A stretch of DNA of 61,108 bases, the filler included, from Asterionella formosa (lineage: Eukaryota): assembly GCA_002256025.1 (NCBI GenBank). It is 5 parts of 5 records of this genome, joined end to end, with 100 filler letters (N's around TTAATTAATTAA, not from the genome) between each part and the next. Parts side by side here need not be neighbours in the genome. Positions count along the whole stretch, not along the records: positions 24,500 to 36,648 come from NKIB01007772.1; positions 36,749 to 48,878 come from NKIB01007787.1; 3 more parts are not named here. The stretch is one strand, 5' to 3'. The notes under the pieces were generated by a model. It made no database searches. It saw only the letters and a list, made by a program, of their open reading frames with translations, and was not told the origin of the DNA. A program made the translations under genes and the position numbers. Shown here piece after piece: positions 24,961-37,209 of this stretch; within the stretch, counting starts at the first letter, position 1, and each line of letters opens with the position of its first letter.

Positions 24961-26793
24961 TTTTTCTTGCGAGGTGAAGAACTCTCTCATTTTTCACCAG
25001 ACGGAAATGGTTGTCATATCAATACATATTAGAAAAATGCGCTTCATCCTGTAAAACCTACAAAATTTAGGCAGTTTCATTACAAGGGAAACCTCTTCAT
25101 TTTCCTGCCCCCCCCCCCCCCTTTAGTAAAATCAGTTAAATTCAGTTACGGCATTGTACATTGGAGGGGCCAGGACACTGAATTATGCGGTATCACCTTG
25201 CATTGGACAAAAATCAAATGACTGATACCTTGTTTTTGAAAATGTTGTCACGCGCAAGGTATGCCTGGATTTTGATGACGAAAACCGGTTGAAAACATAC
25301 CAAAAATTGCTAATACAGGGTACTTTCGTTTCCTGTGTAACATACCGGTAGAAGAAGAAAGTGAAGAAATGAAAATAGAAATTCCTTAAATAACTATTTG
25401 CCCACATGAAGTTCCTGTAGAAGACATACCGGGACAAAATTTTCATCCTTCACGAGGACTACCGGGGTACTCCATCATGTGATCACTCGATTCATCACCG
25501 CCAGGAGTTGAAGTTCAAAACATCGCTCACCTCAACAAATCAGAAGGTGAGCTCGTGAATCATTTATGCGCAATGTCAACGTTTTGTTGCATCAGGGAGT
25601 ACCGGTAGATACAAAAATTGTCTCCCGTTAACAGACATTCTGTAGGTCATATCTATTTATGCTAATTAGTTTAACATAGAGAACCTTCGATGTCGACTGT
25701 GATGCTGGGACCACCCAGGTACCTGAGCATGGAGTCGAGAGATTGCTTTTTTTGCACTTCAATGACTCTATGACAGCTGAGTCACAAGTGCCGGACATAA
25801 AAAAGGGTACTGTTAACACTGTTTGAATGCATGAATCACGGTGGGAGCACCGCTGTTTGAAAGCATCATCCATTGCAGGATATCTGGACCAAAGCTACAT
25901 ACAGGGAATAACGATGGCCCGGCATGCAGTTTCGGTTACGGTCATTTCTGATTTTTTACTGGGACATTTAGTACATGCGTTGGCGTTTGTAAAATGTGGT
26001 ATTTGCGGCATTTGTTGCTAATAGTCCCTGGTACCAAGTACAAGGGATGATATTACATTCAACTTCTACATGGATAATATGTTCGGTATATACCGGTACT
26101 TTTATCCCACATTTACCGGTACTGCTACCTGTACCAGGTACCCAGGCAGGAGTACCTGGTACCGATTGGTGTGCTCATTATTCTCAACAAGCAACGAAAA
26201 AGGAAAACAAGCAGCAACATTGTCATCAAAGAAGATACTCCCTTTCTGGTTGGAAACTATTGCAAATATCAAGCGCCTTACAACGCAACCAAGGTAAGCT
26301 TTGAGACAAATTTTCAGTGATGCGACGGACTTTTTGTTTGAAAATCTTGACAACATTTCTTGTTTGTGGAAAGGAATAATCGGCAACTACCGGTAGTGAT
26401 TATTTTATTTTTTCTTGCGAACAAGTATGTGCTTTGAAAGCGTAGTAATGTCTGTTTCAGTTGTCTTGCAACTTTCAGCTCCCAAAGGTTGCCTCTGCTT
26501 TTCATCGTCATTCTGTATGTGTAAAATATTGCAATCGTTTGTTGTTTTGATCCGAGTGTTACGTCAGATTGCCGCTATTGCATAATGACTTCGGACGACA
26601 TAGCAAACGCGAAAACATGGCTGTATATCGTATTTACATTAACATCTGTCTTTGCTTGCTTTCATCTTGATTTACGAACTTTTGTCAGTCCCCAGACATT
26701 TCATTTATATTCTGGTATATTTGATATTAAATATTCCTTGTAACTGCTACAGTACCAAATACAATAATTGATTTTGTACAAAAGATAAATACG

Positions 26794-28117
26794 ATGTGCA
26801 ACCCTGGATACCCGGAGACTCAAACTGCGCAACACCACCGCGACAGCCAGTCATCACAGCAAAATTACAAAGGAGACCAAGCAGAAATCATGCAGCCGCA
26901 TGACAATGGCCCCAACAACCGACGGGGCCTCGATTCTTTGTCGCCACCGATCCAGTTCGCTGCACTGGCATGTGGTGTCTTCTTTTTCTTCGGAATTCAT
27001 AATGTCTTGCAAGAAGCAATGATGAAGATTCCGGGGTTCAATTTCGGAGTGATGTTAGGTTACATGGAAGTCATCGGTACGTAGAATTTCGTACGAGGAC
27101 GTGACGAACGTAGCATGACTTCTTTTTGCGAATAGCAATGCACTCACACTCATCCTCTATGTTCATATATACATTACCTATCTAGGTGTGTGTGTTTGTT
27201 CTTACTTCGAGAGAACTTGTATTGCGAAAGAAACAGGGAGAGTTGCCCCACTTTCTGCCTATCCCCTTTTGACCTTTTGCCTGCTATCCAGTTCTGCACT
27301 GTCAAATATGGCGCTTAATTACATTAATTTCCCTACCAAAGTTGTTTTCCGGTCTTGCAAACTCATTCCAACCATGGTGGTCGCTTCCGTTTTGAATAAA
27401 AAGACTTTCACCTCTTTGGAATACTCGTGTGCCTTGGCAGTATGTGCAGGATTGGTGTTTTTCGCAGCAGCCGACTGGCAGTTGACACCTTCTTTCAACT
27501 CCATCGGCCTCATTTTGGTGTCGCTGTCCGTAGTTGCAGATGCTATTCTTCCTAATGCCCAAGAGCGACTATTCAAAATGGGTTCGTCGAGACTAGAAGT
27601 CACTTTCTACACCAACTTTTTCACGTTGATATGTATGACAGTTACGACATTCCTTTCAGGAGACTTGATTGGAATCATAAAACATGCTGTGAATGACCAT
27701 CAACTAGCCTTGTACATGGTTGTCTACACCTTTATTGCATACATCGCCATTTCCACACACATGACAGTGGTAAAGCGATTTGGAGGTGTGGCTGCTGTCG
27801 TCCTGGCCACGGCCAGAAAGGGAATGACTTTGGTGTTGAGTTTTATCCTTTTCCCCAAGGCGTTCTCCTGGCTCTATGTAATTGGTGCTGTCTTGGTGTT
27901 GGGCGGACTCCTTTTGAGCTCATTATTTAAGATTCGCTCAAAAGAAATGGCCAAGACTACGGAACTTGAAACCCTGCGTAAATACTCCGAAGTTTCGCTT
28001 GATGGACTAGATGACAGCGATGATTCAGAAGTGACGAAATTGTTGAGTAGAGACCAGATGTCTGTCCAAAACTCTGAATTCCATCATCGCATGCTCACAA
28101 ACCAGGACAATGTATAG
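26794..28117 (+). CDS. UAA-family nucleotide-sugar / PAPS transporter, SLC35B3-like (exons 26794-27076, 27186-28117)
   Basis: ALNYINFPTKVVFRSCKLIPTM, ARKGMTLVLSFILFPK and multiple TM helices. An intron at 27077-27185 joins the ORFs in frame. Confidence 0.88.
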
Positions 28118-30229
28118 TGTATAAAGTTGCAAGGGTGAGAGTTTGACCTTCCCTAGAAGGTGAGAGGGAATGACCATTGGCAAGTCCACTTGTTCACAAG
28201 AATAATTTTTTTACACAGGACTGATCATAATAAGTAGGTGATGCTATACTATACACAGTTACTAGTATGTAGCTCTTAGTACATATTGCATTCTCATGGA
28301 GCACTTGTTATTATGGATAGGATTCAGATGCCAGGGCAATAGCATTGTAAAAGTTGTTGTACATAGCTAGATATGGCTAAATAAATAGTTTCTCTCCTAC
28401 TCCATCATGCAAATGGAAAATTTCCTTTCCATAGCCAACCCCACAATTTTGACTTTCTGAAAAATGACATGAACTGGTAACCGTTCCTAGAGGATGCGAA
28501 AACGTTTTCATCACATAGGGGCAATATTTTGTTCTGAAGTTATTCTTTTTAATAATTTAATAGTTTACTATATGCAAACCACCTTCATACTCAAATTCAC
28601 TGGCATCAATCATACTCTTGCCTGATTGTCTACCCATATGCATGTATGCTGTATGGGTGAGAAACACCAGCCAGAACATACATTCATTCTTGCTGCATCA
28701 TCAGCATCAAGGCAAAAAATCATCGCCACATGCAATCCCAACATGCCTTCCCTACTCCATTCACTCTTCTGGTAGAGAATGGATATTACATCATAATCTG
28801 TTTTGAGGATAGAGCTTTGCTGGAGGTCTGCTTGTCAGAATGGCAAAGATGGCAATGGAAGAGGAAAGGCCACCATTGTGGCTGGTGTCAGAGTTGGTGT
28901 CACGATCAATCCTCAGCACCTGCATTGTTGATTGTTAATTCCTCTAATGATCCATTTTTTCTAAAACCTTCCTAATGTAGGCACAGTTTGCAATCTAGTG
29001 TTGAAGACATACAGAAGAAAGCATGATGAGGAAAAAACCGTGGCAATGGAGTCTTCAGTGTTACCTTGATCCATCATCATGTTCAGGGATAACCATTAGC
29101 CTACATAACGTTCCTGCAGACGACATATCGGAGCAAAATTTCCATCCATCACGAGGACTGCTCCATGTGTTATGTACCCGCATTGCTCTATATGTTACTT
29201 GATAACTATTGGTATATATGTACCTCTACATTAGCCGTTCCAATGTTAGGACATCTAATGACCTTCGCATTAAGGAAGGTCCTTGTGAAACCTTCTCATG
29301 ACGGCAATTATAATTGCCTACTGATGGATCACTTAATTACCCAGAACCTACTTGTTTAATCCTGACAATCGAAGGGCACCAAGGTGCATTTGTGACTAAA
29401 GAGTGGATAGTGTCCTGATTGTTGGGCATAAAAGAAAATTTTTCGGTCAATCGCTAACTAATAAGTGCATCGCCATGACTGCATTAACCAAATACAAAAG
29501 CCAGTTGAAGTTGTAATTTTAAAGACACGTCACTTGGCTAGGGAATTTTTGGATGTCGAGGATTTTCATCATTATAGTGGTACTTTTTCACAAGTTTTGA
29601 TATAGTAAACAGTGAGATCAAAGGTAAAAAGTTTCGATGTTATCAGGGCAGACAGCGAGAAATCAGGAGATAATGCGTGGGACCAAGGTAAACTTGCTTC
29701 TTTGACGCAAGCACATGTTTGATGCCATATATGATGCTCACTAAAGACTTGTTATATCTAAATCATCTGTTTTATAGAGAGATGAAGCATCATGTTTGAA
29801 AAATTACAATACAGCATGATGTGAATCATTGATCAGTGTCTGCCCTGTGTGTATTCATGCCCAAACTCAAATTCTGACACCTACCATGGGGGCCTGATGT
29901 CCTATGCATTCTGGAGAATTCTGTGATTGCATGCAAATTAATTTAATTGATAAAATCTAGTAGCAATACGTCTACAATCAGGATCCACACATCAAAAACT
30001 ACTACAACTAGCTATGTACATGAACATTGGTCATAGAGGATTGTAAACAAATACATATCGAGAATTAGCAACAATAGCGGCTCTTCAGATGACGATCACT
30101 TCTTCCATTTCCGCAATATGCAGTAGCGAAATGAAAAGAAGGCCAAGCAAGAAAGAAACAGAGGAGGAAGATCGAATGTGGGAAAGGCGTCCAAGAATGC
30201 TAGAATTGCACCTCTTCCAGACAGTTTAG

Positions 30230-30545
30230 AACATGCTTTTGATGAACAATGATTTCACTGAAAACCCGATTTACTCACCAGCACTTTTCAGGAGGCGCTT
30301 CCTCCGCATTAGGGCGAAATTATTCAAAACGATTATTGATGATTTGGCAACGTCAAACCCTTACTTTCTCAGAAGAAGGATGCCTTGCTGGATCTGCTCA
30401 GATTTTCGCCCATCAAAAACTGACCTTGGCACTTTGCATGTTAGCTTATGGAATGTAGTTGAAGCAGCTAGATGATTTACCAAGGATTACAGAATCCACA
30501 CCACTCTATAATCTGCAAAACTTCCATAATTCAATAATCAATAGG
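30230..30545 (+). pseudogene. Frameshifted relic of a PIF/Harbinger (Plant_tran-type) transposase
   Basis: LMNNDFTENPIYSPALFRRRF...LF..I...L...NPYF in one frame, continuing QKLTLALCMLAYGM*...RITEST in another. This matches the conserved N-terminal half of Harbinger transposases. Confidence 0.8.
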
Positions 30546-30690
30546 TGGTAGTATGGGAAATAGTATCAGTCCATTACCTTTGGTGCACAAAAGTCTCCGA
30601 AAATACACAATGAATTTGTCAAGGGAATTCATGATTAATTTCTGACATAATATCGAGCAAATCAATAATCAATTCTATCAACGATAGAAT

Positions 30691-31465
30691 CACCTATAGA
30701 TACCAATGTTAGGTTGTTTGTACAAGAATGTGATATTGTGTTTGCTCCATTAATACCTAATGAATTTCAATTGATTGAGCAACTGCTGATTGTTGTATGG
30801 CTGGGTGCACAAAGACTAAAGTTTGGGTAGCTAGCCATACTAGAGCTGGAATGTTATTTTGTTCAGCTTTCTGTTGGATGCAGAATCTATCATTTCATTC
30901 CACTTGCTTCGTTCCATCTGAAAACAGTGGTATCTCCAGATCTAATTTGTCTCCCACGTGCACTGATAGCTGTATCTGACCATCATAAGACAAAGAGGTA
31001 TCGGTGCACACGGCAAACAATGCGCCCATCCGTTAAAACATTGACTTGGCTGTTTCAATTCTTCCATAAGCGAACATGCGCTTCATGACCGCTGTCTCCT
31101 ACCAGCAGACCGATTGCGGCTATGCATGCTCCAGAAATACTCAATTGAGGATACAACACAGTCAGTTTAATTAAGCTGCGATAATAAGGGTGGTCAACAA
31201 AGTGCTTTCTCTGTTCATGAGTTCTACACCAACATTCTGGAGATTCAAGTCGGCTAAAAAGTGCAGGTATACAATAATTCCTTCCAAAATCGGAAACGTT
31301 GTGTTATTGCATACCCTCCATCACCTATGGATAGATACCAATGTTAGGTTGTTTGTACGAGAACTTGGTATTGCATATGGTCCATCGTCACCTAATGAAT
31401 TTCAATTGATTGAGTGACTGCTGATTGTTGTATGGCTAGGTGCATGAAGACTAAAGTTTGGGTAT
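30691..31465. repeat. Pair of ~140-bp diverged direct repeats (30691-30830 and 31322-31465)
   Basis: ATAGATACCAATGTTAGGTTGTTTGTAC, CCTAATGAATTTCAATTGATTGAG and AAGACTAAAGTTTGGGTA are present in both copies. Confidence 0.8.
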
Positions 31466-31469
31466 CAGA

Positions 31470-32380
31470 TTGTGGTATGTTACCTTGGTTCATGATGATG
31501 GGAAAACTAGTACTGATTTTCCTTGCCAGTAGCTATACAGAACATCTAATTTATGTGGTTCAAGTGCTGTCTGCAAATAGAAGGATCAATGCTCAACTGT
31601 TAGAACATAACTGATACATGCGTGTTCTTTATCTTTCAGGATAATTGTAATCAAACAGTTTTGTTGTAAGTTAAATGTGGCATTGGTTGAACGATTTATT
31701 GATGTGTAATTATGCAAAAAGTCTCAATTTCTGGTAAGTGAAGCATGATTAAATGGAACTGCAATGATCATGTTAAGGTTTAAACAAAACATGGCTAGGG
31801 GAATGGCTTAGCGGTTCGCACACCTGTTGTGGTGGCAGGTTCGATTCCTGCATTCTCCACCTGTCTTTTCATGTAGTGCCTAGGGTTCCGAGGGGTGTGG
31901 CTAGTGACGAAAAGACAGGTCCCATTGTACTGTACAGACGAATAAAATACTGGTACTAATTGTGTCCATTTATTCATTTATTTAGGCGCGAGTGCGATCC
32001 TTTTGGAGGAGGATTTCTCTACATTGGCAGGGTTTCATGAAGATTATACTATGGCTGTGTACCCCATAGCATCAGGGGTTAACTTCTGGAGAGACAGTAC
32101 AGTTGTCCTTTGTAGATTTTGTACTATGCTTTGTAGCCCCCTATCTAGACTATTTTTGGGATAGTTTAAATTCCAAAATGACAACTTCATTATCTCTCTA
32201 GAAATGAGGTCCTTACCATTTTTGAATATATAACATACCCTTTCATCGACCAATGACTGTATCTAAGCATATGCAAAGTTGTCGCATTGTTGAAAGTTTG
32301 CTTACTTGTACGTGCGTACATCATCCAAATATATTGGTAAAATACAGACCTCGCACCAATGTATGACTGCGGGGCGACGA
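31470..32380 (+). repeat. Unclassified dispersed repeat, copy B, interrupted by the tRNA-like element
   Basis: TTGGTTCATGATGATGG...AAACTAGTACTG matches ~22001-22040, and 32000-32380 matches 22330-22760. Hairpin arms at ~32084-32119 and 32168-32203. Confidence 0.75.
31798..31984 (+). ncRNA. tRNA(Ala)-derived Pol III element, candidate SINE or tRNA-like ncRNA
   Basis: 7-bp acceptor stem GGGGAAT/ATTCTCC with G3:U70 and an A discriminator. A-box TGGCTTAGCGG; perfect T-arm GCAGG-TTCGATT-CCTGC (B-box); D/anticodon region too short for a normal tRNA. 12-bp stem at 31859-31870/31909-31920 and a CATTTATTCATTTATTTA tail. Confidence 0.7.
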
Positions 32381-32828
32381 AGATGGCCAGTGGCTGTTGG
32401 TTGACGAGTGTACCGGTATCTTACCGGTAGCTGAGTCCACTTCTATGATTTCCACGTGTTAGAATTTTGTCACGATTTCAATGTACTGCGCATGGTGAAA
32501 TGCATTTGTTTGCTTGAGGGTGCATCGTTCTCTGTGGTTCCTGTTATCTGGTACCAGTACTAGTTACCTGGTACTCTTTTACCACGATAATTGTAGTAAC
32601 CATTGTCAAATGCTGAGAGGACTTAGTACCAGGTACACGGCACCTATGTACTTCGGAGTAACATCATTGCAGCAAGCGGTTTTCTAACATTAGACACATC
32701 ATGAACATGAACTGCACTCGAGTAAATAATAATATAACTATTACCGGTATTGAATAAACTATTTTTACATTGTTGTATACAGGTAGTTGAACGCTAACAC
32801 TCGTTCACTCCCACCCCATCCCTTCACA

Positions 32829-33500
32829 ATGGCCAAGAAAGCGACGGCTGGAAAGGTCGAACCTGTCAATGCAGTGCCCGTTGGCCACAACAATGGCGTC
32901 GACGGCGTTCTCACAGAAGATGAAGTTGAACTTTTGCAAGTCGACGTCGGTGATATGGTCAAACTCAAACAAATCCTTGACGAAACCGTCGCGTCTGCTG
33001 TTCTCGAAAACGTCGATGAAGAATACAGACTTGATAATATGAAATTGGGCATTATGACATCGGCATGTGTCTTTGCTTGCTTCGCGCAGTTTGCTCCGGT
33101 CCCATTTCCTGACAGCCGACCAATTTTGGGCGTGTGTTGCTGTGTCTACTTTTTGTTGAGCGGACTCTTGCAGCTCATTACGACCTTTGTGGACAAGGAC
33201 TGTATCTTGTTGACGAGGAAAAAGCCAGCATCCAACAATAGTAACTTGCAATTGTATGGGCTCCGTGTTCGTAGCAAGTTGCCCCGGTATTCAGAATTTT
33301 ATACTGTTATTCTGGAGTTTCAGGGATTGCAAGGGACTCCAAAGGTCGAGCAGACGTGGTCGGTGGGAAATTTTTTTGATGTGGAAGGCATGTTCGATGA
33401 AGCTGGTCTCATGCTAGAGATCGAGATGATGTTCAAGAAATTGGAAGCTGAGAAATACGAAAGCGTGGCTCCCGTTTCCCGCAAGAGTAAAAAGGAATAA
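32829..33500 (+). CDS. SPCS2: Signal peptidase complex subunit 2 (SPC25)
   Basis: DMVKLKQILDE, two TM helices around PFPDSRPILGVC, SKLPRYSEFY and SVGNFFDVEG; C-terminal KSKKE ER-retrieval-like end. Confidence 0.88.
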   Translation: MAKKATAGKVEPVNAVPVGHNNGVDGVLTEDEVELLQVDVGDMVKLKQILDETVASAVLENVDEEYRLDNMKLGIMTSACVFACFAQFAPVPFPDSRPILGVCCCVYFLLSGLLQLITTFVDKDCILLTRKKPASNNSNLQLYGLRVRSKLPRYSEFYTVILEFQGLQGTPKVEQTWSVGNFFDVEGMFDEAGLMLEIEMMFKKLEAEKYESVAPVSRKSKKE

Positions 33501-36500
33501 GATGCTAGTGTTTGATCTGATGAAGTGGACGACACTCATCAACGTTTCAAATCTCTATCTCAAGAGGGAAATAAACAGTCTATAGCAAAAAATAAGGAAG
33601 TGAAACTCTGACTGCACATGACATGCCTCCTGTACCATAGCACTGGTTGGTTGTCGCATAAAGTTCAACCTCCAGATTAGCTCACGGTTATCGATATCAC
33701 CTGACTGTTCGTCGGAGATAACTAACAATACAGGGTGTTCCGACATGAAGGGCCTCAACCATTTCTATTGGTCAACGGAGGGGAGTAGCTTCATGCAAAG
33801 GCATACCTTGGACGACTCTGCACATTCCTCGTGCTAGAACTGCACCTCGCTTATTGTCACATGGATATTGACTGTGAGTGCAAGGTACAAGTTCCGTTGG
33901 TATTCTTGGCTCCACAAATGACTAAACATGGTGCCTTGAATGGCATGGACACTCCCACTAACAAACAAGCAGTAGCTACAATAATAGATGTTCAAGAGTT
34001 GCATGCTTTATACAGAATGCTGTACTCGTTAACCTTTAAGTATTCCCTAAATATGTTACAGTATTGTCTTACTTTCATGCCCCTTTAGATTACGGGGGTG
34101 AAGTTCTACCGGCAAGGAAAAGGAGAGCGATACCTGTATATGTACTGTCTACTGATAATACCGGTACCCTGGTAGTCCACAATAACTTCAATCTTAAAGT
34201 TCCTTTAATCCGTCTCAACTGTAATAATCACTATTAATGATACTCGCTGCTATTCTATACATACAAGGCTGCATGGACGCGAGATTGACACACGAGGATG
34301 ATGGACTTTCGAATGGAAAGGCAAAAGATGGCAACACAGTATGCCCTGCTCGCTCACACCAGCTCCCTTCGAACACAACACAGCAACAATCCTGCGGATT
34401 CAACAGCACATGGCACATCCGTCACGTGGAAGCATCGCCCTCCAAGCACTGCAAAATGCTGCCACCAACCGAAGGTTGGTCGCTTCCGTTGTATTGCAGG
34501 CTATGTACCGAACCGTTCACACCGCGGACCAGCCGCCGCAAAACCTGGCTAATTCTGGGATTCAAGACAGGTTGAGGACAGATCCGTTGCTGGGAGTGGA
34601 AGTCAACCAAACAGAATGTGGGCCTGAAAGGATAGAGCCTGAACTCCAAGTGGTTGCTGTGTGAATTCAACAGACTGCCACACTTTCTTGATCATCGTCT
34701 TGAGCCTTCATATACACCAAAACTATTTGAACTGTTTTACTCAGTATGAAATTGTGACGACTTTTGGAAGAATTTGGTGCTCATGGGTGGTTCACTTGGA
34801 GCAGTTTTATTGGTCTTTGCTGCACTTAACAATGCTATTTTACTTCACTTCAAGATTAGCAATTGGAATCTTCTAGTATGGTATGTTGGTGTGCTGAGTA
34901 TAATTTACTCAACAGGAAAGGCTATGCTCCCAGATCCAAAGATTCACCCCTGATACACTTGCTACCTCTTTGCAAAGGTTGAAAACTGCCTTGCTTTTGC
35001 AGTTTGCAGTTCATACCCATTTCTATCCTGATGGTGTGGTCAGGTAAAAGTGTACATAACCATGTACCAAGCAAAAAACTATTTGCTTGGTGTCCATGAA
35101 GGTTTAGTGGTGATGGCATTCCTCCAGTTGTGGTGGTTCCAATGTACATGACAACACCATCTACAGTTGGAATTAGTGTGAATGTTGAGGGGAAAATTCA
35201 ACAATTAACAAGCAGGCAACTATTTGCAATTAGAGTTGGACCTCATTATGGTTCTGGTCTACAAGCAACTTTATGTAGTCCCAGCAAGGCTCCAAAGTCA
35301 CAAGGAATTTGTGTGTGAAGTTGGAATTTGGCAGAGGGAAAGTCAGCCAGGCTATTTACAAGGCTGGAGAGGGGGAGGAATAAATGCTTTTATTATTGGG
35401 TAAGTTATAGAGCAGATTACCAGTAGTTGTGTTTACAGTGCTCATACAATGATCAACAGAAAATATGAGGCATATTGTCAAGAACTTTCAGTGACCCACA
35501 TTTTCAACAAAATGCTTATTGATTAATGCACTGGTGGAAATCCACAACTATGTATTTAGTTTATTACTCCAACTACCACATTAACTAGCATGCACATTAT
35601 TACATTCTCATTGTTTCCATTTAATATCATTCATTTGATTTGATTTACAAATGTGTTAATAAATATGTATTGTAGGAGTACCATAGTATGATAGCCGACA
35701 CAAAATTAATGATCACTGTAAATAAACCGATACATATTGTTATGTATTTCACGAAATGACCAGTATCTGGTCCAAACATACATACCTGGGAGTTTTGAGG
35801 TAGAAGACGGTTTTTACTATAAGGAAGCACTGCTAAATTTCTCATTTACCTCAACTTGCTGATGACATGTAGTTCGTCTCGATACCTGAAAGATGCGGTC
35901 ATTTTGCTTAAATAAGCAATTTAAAATTGGAGTTAAAAAGCTAAATATTTAGTTTCAGCAAAATGACAGTAACTTCCTGGTAGGAGTATCTGGTATACCC
36001 TGTTTATGTACCACCTAAAAACTGAGAGTCATATAAAGTTTACCCCATGTTTCGACTCAAACTATTTTAGTCAAATTTCATGGTGACAACAAATCAAGTA
36101 CGTAGCTAAATGTAGAACAGGCTCTCCGCTTTCAATTGGTCTGTTTAATTAGTAATGAAGCTTCATAATTCAAGAGATATGAAGTTTTTAAAGTTGATGA
36201 TTATGGTCGTTTTGTATGACTATCAATACATATTTTTTACTACGTACCTGAAGAAAATTTTATATTCAAATTCTGGTTTCGATTACCCTATTGTTCACTC
36301 TAAAGCTTTTTCCTGCCACAATATTATTTGTCCGTTGCATCATCTACCCATTTATTATTCATTGTTTTCATTTTTTAAACCTTAAATAATAATGCGTTCG
36401 CCTTTTAACTCAAATATTATTTCAGTTTTTGTGTCAATAATCTTACTTTCATTCGTTTTGATGATGGTTTGATATAGATTTATATAGGGATTATTTACGT

Positions 36501-37209
36501 TTGTCACTAATTAGTGTTCTGCTTACATCAGGCTACTGGTTTGGTATTACTACTATGACAGATGTCAGCCAAGCGAGAATTTTTTGTTTGATTGCTTGTT
36601 TGCTTCTCCACCTTTGCCTCCACCTTCTTGCTCCGCTTCCGCTTCCGCNNNNNNNNNNNNNNNNNNNNNNNNNNNNNNNNNNNNNNNNNNNNTTAATTAA
36701 TTAANNNNNNNNNNNNNNNNNNNNNNNNNNNNNNNNNNNNNNNNNNNNTTAGGTGAGCGATCCCATTGCCAACGCCATCGTCATATCCACGTGCAGGTAC
36801 GTACGCACTACGGATCAGAGTGCGTCAGGTTGCGGAGTCAAGGCGAACTATTTCAGCATTATATTCGATACACGAAAATCTTTGTTATTTATTTGCCGTT
36901 ATTAAATACAAGTAAAGGCATTCAAACAAGAACTCGGATTGAGTGTATAGGTAGTGTGGTAGTAACCACATCCTAAATAGTCTAAATGCATACCGTGATC
37001 ATAGCTGATGTGGTATACAAAATTTGCATAAGCATACATAGGCAAGTCGCAACATTTTTTTGAGTGGACGAGGAGCAATTTTGGTACAAGGAACCAGTAC
37101 CACGAGCGACTGTCTCTACTGCAGTTCTCATTGGTGCATCCATTGGGACACTATAAGTCAATTTCCTTTACAGCGAAGGAACAACAAACCGAGAAAGCAA
37201 CACATTGTC

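Noticed and set aside
31798..31861. A functional canonical tRNA gene
   Set aside because: Only 62 nt to the discriminator, with no D-stem or 7-nt anticodon loop; kept as a tRNA-like element instead.
35130..35318. Possible PIF1/Helitron helicase relic (KSQG)
   Set aside because: Only a 4-residue match; the surrounding helicase motif residues are absent.
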